IMG/VR virus record: IMGVR_UViG_3300027749_000044 | Origin: a virus | Direction: 5' to 3' (one strand) | DNA length: 64,000 bases | Shown: piece after piece, positions 37,818-46,473 of the stretch | Layout: every line of letters starts with the position of its first letter | How positions within the stretch are numbered: the stretch's first letter is position 1 | The notes under the pieces: model-generated | What the model saw: the letters and a program-made list of their open reading frames with translations, nothing else | What the model was told of the DNA's origin: nothing | Database searches by the model: none | Made by a program: the position numbers and the translations under genes

Positions 37818-38452
37818 TATTTTTGCCTTTGAACTGTTCTGATATGAGTTTCCCCAGTATCGTGGTTGTGATCCACATGATGAGCCACAAAATTTACATG
37901 TGGATGTTCATCTTTTAATGACAAAAACTTTTGAAGATTTTCGTGGGAGTCATCATATAGATGGACTTCCTTATATCCGTGTTTCTTAACTAAATCTGAT
38001 ACAATTTTTTTCTTAGTATCGGAGGGCCGGCCTGGATTATTACCGGCCCTCCGGACGTGGATTTTATTAATGTCTATACCATAACTTTTCATAAAATGAC
38101 CAAACTTTTCTTTCGAATCAAAGTCTGATCTAGCAGTCAATATTTCAGTCTTTCCGCCATTTCTATGTATCGCCTTCATTTTCGCTAACATTTTGCGAAT
38201 AGGACGAGCAGTCTTATGTAATTTTTCGGCGGATTTAAAATCAGAGAAGTCATAAGAATGACCGGGTTCTAATGTATGTGTATTGAATTCTTGATTAGTG
38301 AGCGATTGTACTTTTTTACCAGTTTCGTCTTTTACATGTATCTTTAATTTTTTAGGATCATGTGCAAACAGTGTTTCATCCATATCAAAAGCATGGAGAG
38401 TTTTGTGTTTTTTTTCTTCTTCGGATAGAAATATTGAATAAGAAAACATCAA
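37817..38452 (-). CDS. HAD-superfamily phosphatase
   Basis: FDMDETLF, ILTAR, K, LYDD. Confidence 0.8.
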   Translation of the reverse strand: MMFSYSIFLSEEEKKHKTLHAFDMDETLFAHDPKKLKIHVKDETGKKVQSLTNQEFNTHTLEPGHSYDFSDFKSAEKLHKTARPIRKMLAKMKAIHRNGGKTEILTARSDFDSKEKFGHFMKSYGIDINKIHVRRAGNNPGRPSDTKKKIVSDLVKKHGYKEVHLYDDSHENLQKFLSLKDEHPHVNFVAHHVDHNHDTGETHIRTVQRQK

Positions 38453-38532
38453 TTAAACCTTTTTAAGTTTATTTATATTTTCTTATCCAACTCGGGATTC
38501 ACACCAATAACTTTGGTATTTCTACCTAAACT

Positions 38533-38619
38533 TGGACCCCGCTTGGGATTTTCACCCCAGATTGGTCGACGGCCGCGGGGCCACAGCCGATCTTATTACG
38601 CTCCAGACTTACGGGGTCA
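38533..38619 (-). ncRNA. tRNA-like RNA without an anticodon loop
   Basis: ACCCCG/CGGGGT closing stem then CCA; T-like arm with GTGAAAA loop; long GC hairpin in the anticodon position. Confidence 0.55.
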
Positions 38620-38638
38620 TCGCCCTGCGGGAGATATT

Positions 38639-38714
38639 TGGTCTCCAGCCCTGGCGCTGCCCCAGGTTCACGGCCTTCCAAGGGCCGTAGTAATCTTGCC
38701 CTACTTCGCCAGAG
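38639..38714 (-). tRNA. tRNA-Pro(TGG), atypical T-loop
   Basis: C1:G72, A73, CCA; CGGCC-CT-TGG-AA-GGCCG; T-loop GGCAGCG. Confidence 0.8.
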
Positions 38715-39273
38715 ATGAATTATATTTAGTATATAGGTAATTATCTATAATAGGCTGAATTTCGTTTTTATATCTACTATGTACGTATTGATGGTGTGTT
38801 GGACATAAAGGCACTATATTTTCTGGTCTATTATCAGTATGATCTTCGTTTACATGATGGGCCGCAACAATTTTTGTTTCATCACAGACTAAACATTTTT
38901 TACCATGTTCCGAAAAACATATAGATTGGTAGTTATTTCCATTCCAGTTGCCATTTTTTGCACCCGATCTGAATAGTTTATTGGAACATGCATGTGAACA
39001 AGTTTCTGTATTTTTATAATACACGGTTGCACAAACAACACATTCTTTTCTATTTGCATCTAGAAAGGAAGGATTTAAATTACACGAATTAATATGTTTT
39101 TTAAAATTTCCTTTTGTAAATCCAGAACCACAAAACTCACAAAAAAACTTTGTATTATTGATAAAATCAAATCCACTTGATTGTCTATTTGGATTTAACT
39201 TGCAAAGTCTTTCATGATTTTTTATCGAATTTGTAGTATTACATTCCTTATTGCAATATATACATTTATACAT
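38701..39273 (-). CDS. HNH endonuclease with repeated Zn-finger modules
   Basis: CxxC repeats; AHHVNEDHTDNRPENIVPLCPTHH. Confidence 0.85.
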   Translation of the reverse strand: MYKCIYCNKECNTTNSIKNHERLCKLNPNRQSSGFDFINNTKFFCEFCGSGFTKGNFKKHINSCNLNPSFLDANRKECVVCATVYYKNTETCSHACSNKLFRSGAKNGNWNGNNYQSICFSEHGKKCLVCDETKIVAAHHVNEDHTDNRPENIVPLCPTHHQYVHSRYKNEIQPIIDNYLYTKYNSSLAK

Positions 39274-39462
39274 AGAGTTCTCCTTTTGGGTATTTATGTC
39301 CCGAAAGATTTACCCTACCTTAATTCTACGGCTGGCTGGTCTTTACATACCACCATTCAAATCACTGTCACCTGGCACCATCAGGTTCAAAGCCTGAGCT
39401 ACCGAATGGGGGTTGGCCACTCATTGGTGGGGTCCATTCTTGGTCGTGTTTCACCATTTTGC

Positions 39463-39602
39463 TTTTGGGGTAGGATTTGCACCTACGTTTTTCCAGTCGG
39501 AGTGTCCTGCCTTTTTAGACGACGGATCAATAGATCCGTCCAGTTGGCTACGCTGGCATTTTCTCCCGTCGGAACGTCCTCGGCTTTTTAGACGACCCAA
39601 AA
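39463..39602 (-). ncRNA. two-headed tRNA-like RNA
   Basis: two tandem D-arm/short-stem/T-arm modules with swapped acceptor and anticodon pairings; promoter at about 39625-39653. Confidence 0.7.
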
Positions 39603-39657
39603 TCTCTCGTTCAACTCATATTCTTATCTTACAGGATATATATAGATTGGCAAGTGG

Positions 39658-39990
39658 TTATTTTAGTTTTTCCGGATCAAAATGACCATAAAAAATTTGA
39701 GCGGGTTCTTCCTGGCTTTTGCCATTGTAAAAATAACACACCCAAAGGTCGCCGGTTTCTTCGCCTTCGCCTTTAAGCACAAATACCGTTTCGGGATATT
39801 TAAGGCTAAATGCCTTCATATCCTTGTGCCAATCATACCATTTTGTTTCGCTTTTGGAAGTTCCATCTTCTTCCAGAGCCCAAGTTGCATTTTCACAATC
39901 ACATAGGAGTTGCTCAATTACAGTTTCTGGCTCATAACTGGCCGTATTAGGTACGACCAGATCAAGTGAATATCTAGTATAATAACCCAT
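39658..39990 (-). CDS. conserved phage hypothetical protein
   Basis: MGYYT, KWYDW..DM..FS..YP, GEGEE.GDLW. Confidence 0.65.
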   Translation of the reverse strand: MGYYTRYSLDLVVPNTASYEPETVIEQLLCDCENATWALEEDGTSKSETKWYDWHKDMKAFSLKYPETVFVLKGEGEETGDLWVCYFYNGKSQEEPAQIFYGHFDPEKLK

Positions 39991-40008
39991 TTTATTTCCC
40001 TGTTTTAA

Positions 40009-40093
40009 TGGTGCCCTCTCCCGGACTCGAACCGGGACTCCGTTAGGAAACAGATTTTGAGTCTGTCGCGTCTACCAATTCCGCCAAGAGGGC
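40009..40093 (-). tRNA. tRNA-Leu(CAA)
   Basis: cloverleaf, long variable arm, CCA. Confidence 0.95.
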
Positions 40094-40237
40094 TTAATAT
40101 TCTTCACACTTCCAGGCAGCTTTAGCTTCATTTCGCTTGGCGATTCGAAACTTGAGGCGCCGTTCCTTAGACCCAGGAGCCGGGAAACAACAGTCACAAC
40201 GGACTCCACCAGGACCAACAACCAGATGCTTGTTCAT
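40094..40237 (-). CDS. 47-aa basic protein with GPGG..C.CC motif (not in ORF track)
   Basis: behind promoter copy ending at 40300; stop abuts tRNA-Leu. Confidence 0.6.
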   Translation of the reverse strand: MNKHLVVGPGGVRCDCCFPAPGSKERRLKFRIAKRNEAKAAWKCEEY

Positions 40238-40730
40238 GTGAATTTCTCTTTCGTCTCTGTCTATATCCTTAACTTACAGGTACCCCAGGGAATGGCAACC
40301 TAGTCCTGGATAAAAATGTTTTTATTTTCCGACAAAGGCGCGCCTGCGGTATAAACCAAATTGTCGTCGGCATCGACCACGGTGAAGTCCAGGCCGCGTA
40401 CCTCACCGAACCTAATGGCTTCTTGCACGGTCGGGAGACCAGGCTGGTGGCTCATTGGATAGCGCCACACAAAGCGGCCGGATCGAAATTGTTTCACATA
40501 GTATGTCAAAATTATTCTCCTAAAAATAAAAAATTATTTAGCTTTTGAAGTTCCATCGACTGAAATATTTCCAGAATTCTTCGATCATGTGCTTCAGTAA
40601 CATAAGTGGCCAAAAGAATGCCATAATAGGACTGGGACCAAACAAAAATGGAGACTCAACTAAACATGCAAACAAGATAAAAAATCCAAGAATATAAACC
40701 ATAACGGCAATTGCGGTAAACATTTCCATT

Positions 40731-41387
40731 TTAGTCAGGTCCATTAAAACGAGGTGTGCCGTCTGAATAAAAACTAAGATCATTCTCAGATGGATTATCC
40801 CAATCGATAGTCATTCTGTTAATTGTCTTCGCAAGTTCTAGCAAACCAAAGGGGCAAGGCGTATATCCTCTACCTGAATACTTAGCCATTCTTTCCATTG
40901 ATCTTAGTGGAAAATAAAGTTTGTTAACCACCAATCTCTTCGACGCAATATCTTGCCAAAATCTATCATGACAATAGAATGTAGTGCCGTTATATGCACC
41001 ACACACAATGGTAAAATCAAATGTTTCGAAAATAGCGTTTGGATCTTCGGGTGCATAACGAAGAATAACTTGGACCTTACATCCGTTGATCCAAAAATTA
41101 ACAAAGTGTTCTGTCTCAAACGTACAATAACCAACTTCCTTTTTAAGGATTTCTACTACCTTGTGTGGTTCAGGTGAGAATAGATCATAATCATTGATTT
41201 TGGCTCCTGTTACGGCCGCAGTAATTGCACCGCCAGCAATCCAAAACAAAGGAGGCTTTTTTGTCGTTTCATATGAAGGATCGGTTACATCAACTTCTTC
41301 ATTTGAGTATCCAAGGAGTTCTTTAATTTCGGCAATTGTGGCATTGAGTTTAGCCATTGCCGGAATTTTATCTGTAATAATTTGCAT
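40731..41387 (-). CDS. nucleotidyltransferase-like protein
   Basis: IAGG...DYD, FDFT motifs of the pol-beta/CCA-adding type. Confidence 0.7.
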   Translation of the reverse strand: MQIITDKIPAMAKLNATIAEIKELLGYSNEEVDVTDPSYETTKKPPLFWIAGGAITAAVTGAKINDYDLFSPEPHKVVEILKKEVGYCTFETEHFVNFWINGCKVQVILRYAPEDPNAIFETFDFTIVCGAYNGTTFYCHDRFWQDIASKRLVVNKLYFPLRSMERMAKYSGRGYTPCPFGLLELAKTINRMTIDWDNPSENDLSFYSDGTPRFNGPD

Positions 41388-41842
41388 TAAAAGTTACCCT
41401 TTCCTTGTGCAACATCAAATACAAAGATACCATTTTCCACCCACATGTCAACCACTTTCTTGCGGTCATCAAAAGCCATGATAGGATCAAATCCATCTTT
41501 TCTCATTTGATCTAACATATCTTTCTTAATTTCTGTATCATCTCTGTAATCACCATCTTTGCGGAAGTAATAAGCAGAAAAATGTACATCAGGAAAATGT
41601 CGGTGTAGCCATCGCAAAGTAGCAGGCTTGTATTCTTCTGCCCTGCCTGTGCAAATAACCAAATCATAAATGCCAGTTTCTGACAATGCTTCGATTACCT
41701 TCGATACAGGAAGAATAAGAGGATCGCTTTCGATATCAGCAAAGAAAGCCTTCCAGTTTCTTGGTTTACTGGCTACCCAATGCTTCCTTCCGGAAGCATC
41801 CGCAATAGTTCCGTCAACGTCTACAATAATGGTTCTGTTCAT
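41387..41842 (-). CDS. polynucleotide 3'-phosphatase (PseT HAD domain only)
   Basis: DVDGT, CTGR, RDD..K, FDDR; no kinase domain. Confidence 0.85.
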   Translation of the reverse strand: MNRTIIVDVDGTIADASGRKHWVASKPRNWKAFFADIESDPLILPVSKVIEALSETGIYDLVICTGRAEEYKPATLRWLHRHFPDVHFSAYYFRKDGDYRDDTEIKKDMLDQMRKDGFDPIMAFDDRKKVVDMWVENGIFVFDVAQGKGNF

Positions 41843-42912
41843 ACTAGATAACTCATATAGTCAAATGTTTTGGATTCTTCCTTGGTAAGCACAAGGTGAT
41901 CACCTTCACGATTGCGAAGAGTAAATTTGCCTTCTTTAATGTTGGCGTCTACAATATCTCCAGGAGAAAACTCAAAATACCACTCTTTTTCTTCCATGTC
42001 TACTTCAATGCAGAATCCAATCATCATTGGATTACAATGTACCCGTTGGGTGACGATGCCCATCTTTTTGATTTCGTCAATAGAAGACTCTACATTAATT
42101 CCAGGAGTAAGTACAGCGGTGAAATATTTGCCGTTTCCTCGGCCGGCATCTGGCTTCGTATTAAGAATTTTAATGGCCTCTTCTGGAGATTCGTCATATC
42201 TATTCATATCTTCAATCAGAGCCTTCAGCATATCGAAGTTAAACTCGGAGAACATATTAGAGAACAGACAAATCTTAGAAATATAAGTCTTGTTGACTAG
42301 GTTTTCTTCGCAGTATTCACGGATGAATTTTTCTTCGAGTCCTTTAAAATCGATAGCATAGAAAATACGACCTGGTCGATTTCTCATGTGGTCATTAACT
42401 CTGTACTTGTCATTACAAGTAAGAATGAACAACTTTTTGGTCGGGAATACACCATCGAACAATGTAAGAATCGATTCTTGTTCCTTTTGGTCATATACCT
42501 TTTCAAATTCATCGAATAGGACAACACACGGTTGGACAATATCTTGCATCAGGCGACTAAATCGATCATCACACCATGCATCATTAATAACAATAGTAGG
42601 ATAACCAAGCTTGGCCGCCTCAATCGATACCGTCTTGGACAGAAGTGTCTTACCAGAACCCTTTTCACCTGACAACATTACGCCAGTTGAAGTTGACCTA
42701 TCATTATAGGTATTAAGAATACGGGCAGCATACCGCGTCGTATTACCATAAAGTTTCTTGGGAAGATCAAAAGAATCGATCATTTCCAAATATAAGTTCT
42801 TGAATGGATCTTCCTTGATAATATAATTACCAACAGGAAGTTCGTTGCGGATATCCACAGACTCATTGGGAGCCACACGGAAAGTATTACCAGAAGCAAA
42901 GAAATAAGTCAC
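41839..42912 (-). CDS. AAA+ ATPase
   Basis: GEKGSGKT, LFDEFEK, NRPGRI. Confidence 0.88.
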   Translation of the reverse strand: MTYFFASGNTFRVAPNESVDIRNELPVGNYIIKEDPFKNLYLEMIDSFDLPKKLYGNTTRYAARILNTYNDRSTSTGVMLSGEKGSGKTLLSKTVSIEAAKLGYPTIVINDAWCDDRFSRLMQDIVQPCVVLFDEFEKVYDQKEQESILTLFDGVFPTKKLFILTCNDKYRVNDHMRNRPGRIFYAIDFKGLEEKFIREYCEENLVNKTYISKICLFSNMFSEFNFDMLKALIEDMNRYDESPEEAIKILNTKPDAGRGNGKYFTAVLTPGINVESSIDEIKKMGIVTQRVHCNPMMIGFCIEVDMEEKEWYFEFSPGDIVDANIKEGKFTLRNREGDHLVLTKEESKTFDYMSYLV

Positions 42913-42928
42913 GTAGTTCTCCTAATGA

Positions 42929-43375
42929 TTAAGAATTAATATAGTGTTTGAGAGCAAGTGCATCCCACATTGCATTGTGTTGAATTGCACCGGTTAAATC
43001 TGTTGGATATGCATCTACGCGAACAACATGCATAGAAAACGACGGAAGTCCGATCATTTGACCAGGACCAGTAATAATCGATTGGCAAAAATACTTGATA
43101 TCATCCGGCCAATCAGTGATGATATTGATCTGATAATCATGTTCCATGAATTCGGCAATGGCGGCCGCCCCTCGCGCCGATGCATTACCAATAAACTTAA
43201 TTTTAGGATCTTCCGGTAGATCATAGATAATCGGACATACATTCTTTTGCACCCAGGGATCAATAGCAACCGTATCATAAATTAAATATAACCCCCGGCC
43301 GTCATCGGATGCAATACCCATCGTCAGAAGTTTACCTTCAAATCCATCGAATTCACAGTCTAGATAATATCTCAT
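42929..43375 (-). CDS. DEDDh 3'-5' exonuclease-like protein
   Basis: YLDCEF, HNAMWDA. Confidence 0.75.
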   Translation of the reverse strand: MRYYLDCEFDGFEGKLLTMGIASDDGRGLYLIYDTVAIDPWVQKNVCPIIYDLPEDPKIKFIGNASARGAAAIAEFMEHDYQINIITDWPDDIKYFCQSIITGPGQMIGLPSFSMHVVRVDAYPTDLTGAIQHNAMWDALALKHYINS

Positions 43376-43773
43376 GTGACCAATACATCCCGTCTAGAGT
43401 CAAATTGGACCATACCTTGAGCACATTCAAGTACATGATCATAAAATTCTTTGTTATATTCAAGATTCTGAAGGCAGGTTCGAGTAAACTTTGTTTCGCC
43501 TCGGGCCAGACTTTCTCGAACCTGATCGATATTATAAATGTTACCTTTATAACAACTTGGTCCAATCTGCTTGAATTCACCTTTATATTCTACACCATCA
43601 ACAACCGTATAGGTTTGAGAGTTGATATAATAGCCGAATGCATTCCGGGGCCAATCCGTGGCCGCAGGTTTAAAATCAGGAGAATCCACTTTAAGTGAGC
43701 TGGTCTCAGAAAACATAAAACCTGGCACATAAAATACACACCAATAACGGGTCTTAACTTCGGTCATTTCCAA
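43372..43773 (-). CDS. hypothetical protein
   Basis: coupled ORF. Confidence 0.5.
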   Translation of the reverse strand: MEMTEVKTRYWCVFYVPGFMFSETSSLKVDSPDFKPAATDWPRNAFGYYINSQTYTVVDGVEYKGEFKQIGPSCYKGNIYNIDQVRESLARGETKFTRTCLQNLEYNKEFYDHVLECAQGMVQFDSRRDVLVT

Positions 43774-43903
43774 AACTTTCTAATAAAAATTGGACCAAAT
43801 CTATATGAGGTATAGGGGCGGCCAGAATTGAACCTAGGAGTGATCTCAAATGCCCAATAGTTCCAGACAAACATAAGATCAATCCTAGGAGTATTTCTTA
43901 AAA

Positions 43904-45013
43904 TCATCGATCACCATGCTTCAAAAGATATTCATTACTGATAATCTTGAAAGAGAAAGATGGATCTTCATTGCAGGTGAAAACCAGACCTTCTCTGCTA
44001 TTAGCCATCATACTAGGTCCAGAGGCCATAGCAAGCCAATAATCCAGCCCAAGTGAAGTATCGAACACCATATGGTTATGAACAATCGGAACCCGCTTGA
44101 ACCCATAAAGGTCAGTCACCATGAACCGCTGGTGCGGAGTCACGTAAGTTCCAGACTTGATATCAAAAATATCAAACACCCGGAATTCAAGTTCCTTGAG
44201 GCCTTCATGATTTCCTTGGATTCCAGGTCCGATCAACTCGCCTTGTACTGCCATGGGACCGTAAGAAGCAAAAAGCTTACGCATCTTTTCTTCCAATTGG
44301 TCGCGGCGTACTACATTCCAGAAAGAATTACCTTCTGTTTCGGCAAGATCCAAGTTACGGGAACAAACACCGAAATTTCCATCAGCATCGATATAGATGG
44401 TCATAGAAGAGCCATCAAGCTTAACAGTAACTTCGTAGGTATAGTCATCATATTTGTTGCCAGGCACGTCCTCCAGAATTGGGTTGCCTTCGCTATCATT
44501 GCCCTTATATACCCGCGAGCCAGGCGCTGTTAGCTTGCCCCACAGATTTTGGACACGTTCTTGGTCGGTCTTGGGAATAAAAGATGGAAAATTACCCTTG
44601 ACTTTTCCGGCCAGTTGTGCTGGAATGGTAGGTTCCCACTTCTTCACACCAAGAAGGTCGGCGAAGTCAATATGTTCACCATCTTCGCCGTAAATATCTT
44701 CCGGAATCTCAGGGAATTCTGAAAGAGGCAGACAAAGGCCTTGACTCAATTGACCGCGGAGACGGATTGTCTTGATCCTGGCACCAACAATACCATCATA
44801 AGAAATGGCATTCTTAGCAAGGAACTCAAAACGAGGATCAGACATAGGTAGAAATGAGTCGATTTCAAAATAGACCGCGTAATCGTGGCGCTTGAAGTTG
44901 CCTTTGCCAGATACACACTGCCATCCACCGAGTTGGAGAAGTTCGACCTTGTCGGCTCCTTCAATCGGAAGGACATCATCGATCTTACGGACTGTTACCA
45001 TCTTACGAGACAT
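43904..45013 (-). CDS. RNA ligase, DRB0094 family
   Basis: N-terminal OB domain, KLDGSS, QGELIG, REGLV, SFKIISNEYL. Confidence 0.9.
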   Translation of the reverse strand: MSRKMVTVRKIDDVLPIEGADKVELLQLGGWQCVSGKGNFKRHDYAVYFEIDSFLPMSDPRFEFLAKNAISYDGIVGARIKTIRLRGQLSQGLCLPLSEFPEIPEDIYGEDGEHIDFADLLGVKKWEPTIPAQLAGKVKGNFPSFIPKTDQERVQNLWGKLTAPGSRVYKGNDSEGNPILEDVPGNKYDDYTYEVTVKLDGSSMTIYIDADGNFGVCSRNLDLAETEGNSFWNVVRRDQLEEKMRKLFASYGPMAVQGELIGPGIQGNHEGLKELEFRVFDIFDIKSGTYVTPHQRFMVTDLYGFKRVPIVHNHMVFDTSLGLDYWLAMASGPSMMANSREGLVFTCNEDPSFSFKIISNEYLLKHGDR

Positions 45014-45504
45014 TAGTCGGGTTCCTTTTCTTCGTTTTCAAGGGTATCAAGTAAAGTGTTATATGTTGATGCGCTAGGATTATAATTGTCAAGAATAGCA
45101 TATGCAACATGCAGAATTTCGTCACGGTCGAAAGATAACTCGCCGGCCAGGCTGCCGTCCGAATCAAAAACACTAATCGTAACTCCGTCATATCCGCTGA
45201 TGCACGGACCGATAACAGTTTTACATTGACTGTCATACCTCCGCAACACAATTTCCCGCTCATAAAATCGTGCCGGTCGACTCATTACATGCATTGCCAT
45301 AGTCATTATTTTAAACCTTTATCAATTGGTCAGGTGTTTGCTTTATTTCGTATTCTAATGTGCTATTGCGTGGCTTATATGAAACAATAACATAACATTT
45401 TGTAAATCGGACGATTGTACCTTTTGTAAAATCTCTATATCCGGGGGAGATAAAAATAACTGTATCTCCCTTTTCTAGGGGGTTACCCATGTAATCAATC
45501 ATTT

Positions 45505-46404
45505 TTATCCGTTCTTACAGCAGGTGATCTTGGCCTTCTTGTGGAAGGACGCGGCGTTAGACTTCCGAAGGGCAGCCAACTTGATTGCCATACGAAGCGA
45601 CAGTTCCCGAAGTTGGTCGGCATTCTTATCGATGAATGCAACCACATCGGATTCTTGGTCACTACTGTAACCTTGTTCGCGAAGCATACCAGCCTTGATG
45701 ACCTGCTTGATACGGATGATGTAATCACGCTTGGTCTTCATAGCCAGGTCAATATAGTGGCTACGGCTGATCAGAGCCTGAAAGTGAGGCGCAAGCTTAT
45801 GACCGCGATCAATCATGGAATCCATGTCATGGTTCGTAATGAAGATAATGGTACCATTGAATTGGAAAGACTTGGGGATCACGCCGCCGTCTTCATCTTC
45901 GAAGCGGGACTCAGAGCGCCAAGAAATAACACGACGTTCGGTAGAATCACAAGCTGCCTTGAGAAGATTCAGTGAAGTGTCGTCAAAGAAAATGGTATCG
46001 GCATCATCAAACACGATAATATTGCCATGATGACGGAACTCATAAAGCGAACGGAAAAGACCGGTCGCACGGACATAACCCTTGATAATTTCATGGCGAT
46101 GGCCTTCGGGGTCATATTGTTCCAATGCCTTTTCGACGGTAAAGGACTTACCGAGACCGGCGGGACCCGAAACGATCAGGGACTTGGTGACGCCATTGAC
46201 GGCATCGTCGGTCAGTTCCGACAGGACTTCAAATCGTTCGGCCAGCTTGGCTTCAATTTCGGCATCAGTTTCGTTCGAAACCTTTGCGGCAGCCAGGACT
46301 TCGCGGATCTTTTCGACGCGCATAGAAGCATTCTTGGTGTTACGAAAACCAGCAGCGGGGACACCCTTAGGCATTTGAATCTCTTTCAAAGGTCGGAGAG
46401 ACAA
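45505..46404 (-). CDS. early P-loop AAA-type ATPase
   Basis: GPAGLGKS, VFDDAD, FITN, ALISR; probable start at 46374. Confidence 0.8.
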   Translation of the reverse strand: MSLRPLKEIQMPKGVPAAGFRNTKNASMRVEKIREVLAAAKVSNETDAEIEAKLAERFEVLSELTDDAVNGVTKSLIVSGPAGLGKSFTVEKALEQYDPEGHRHEIIKGYVRATGLFRSLYEFRHHGNIIVFDDADTIFFDDTSLNLLKAACDSTERRVISWRSESRFEDEDGGVIPKSFQFNGTIIFITNHDMDSMIDRGHKLAPHFQALISRSHYIDLAMKTKRDYIIRIKQVIKAGMLREQGYSSDQESDVVAFIDKNADQLRELSLRMAIKLAALRKSNAASFHKKAKITCCKNG

Positions 46405-46473
46405 CCGCGTCTCTCGCTACATTCACCAATCTAACGGAGCTGGCCTAAAAGGCAACAGCTAAAAGCCAAAAAG

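Noticed and set aside
38533-38619. tRNA-His (CTGTGGC loop-like sequence)
   Set aside because: Flanks form only 2 bp around that loop; a longer alternative hairpin pairs much better
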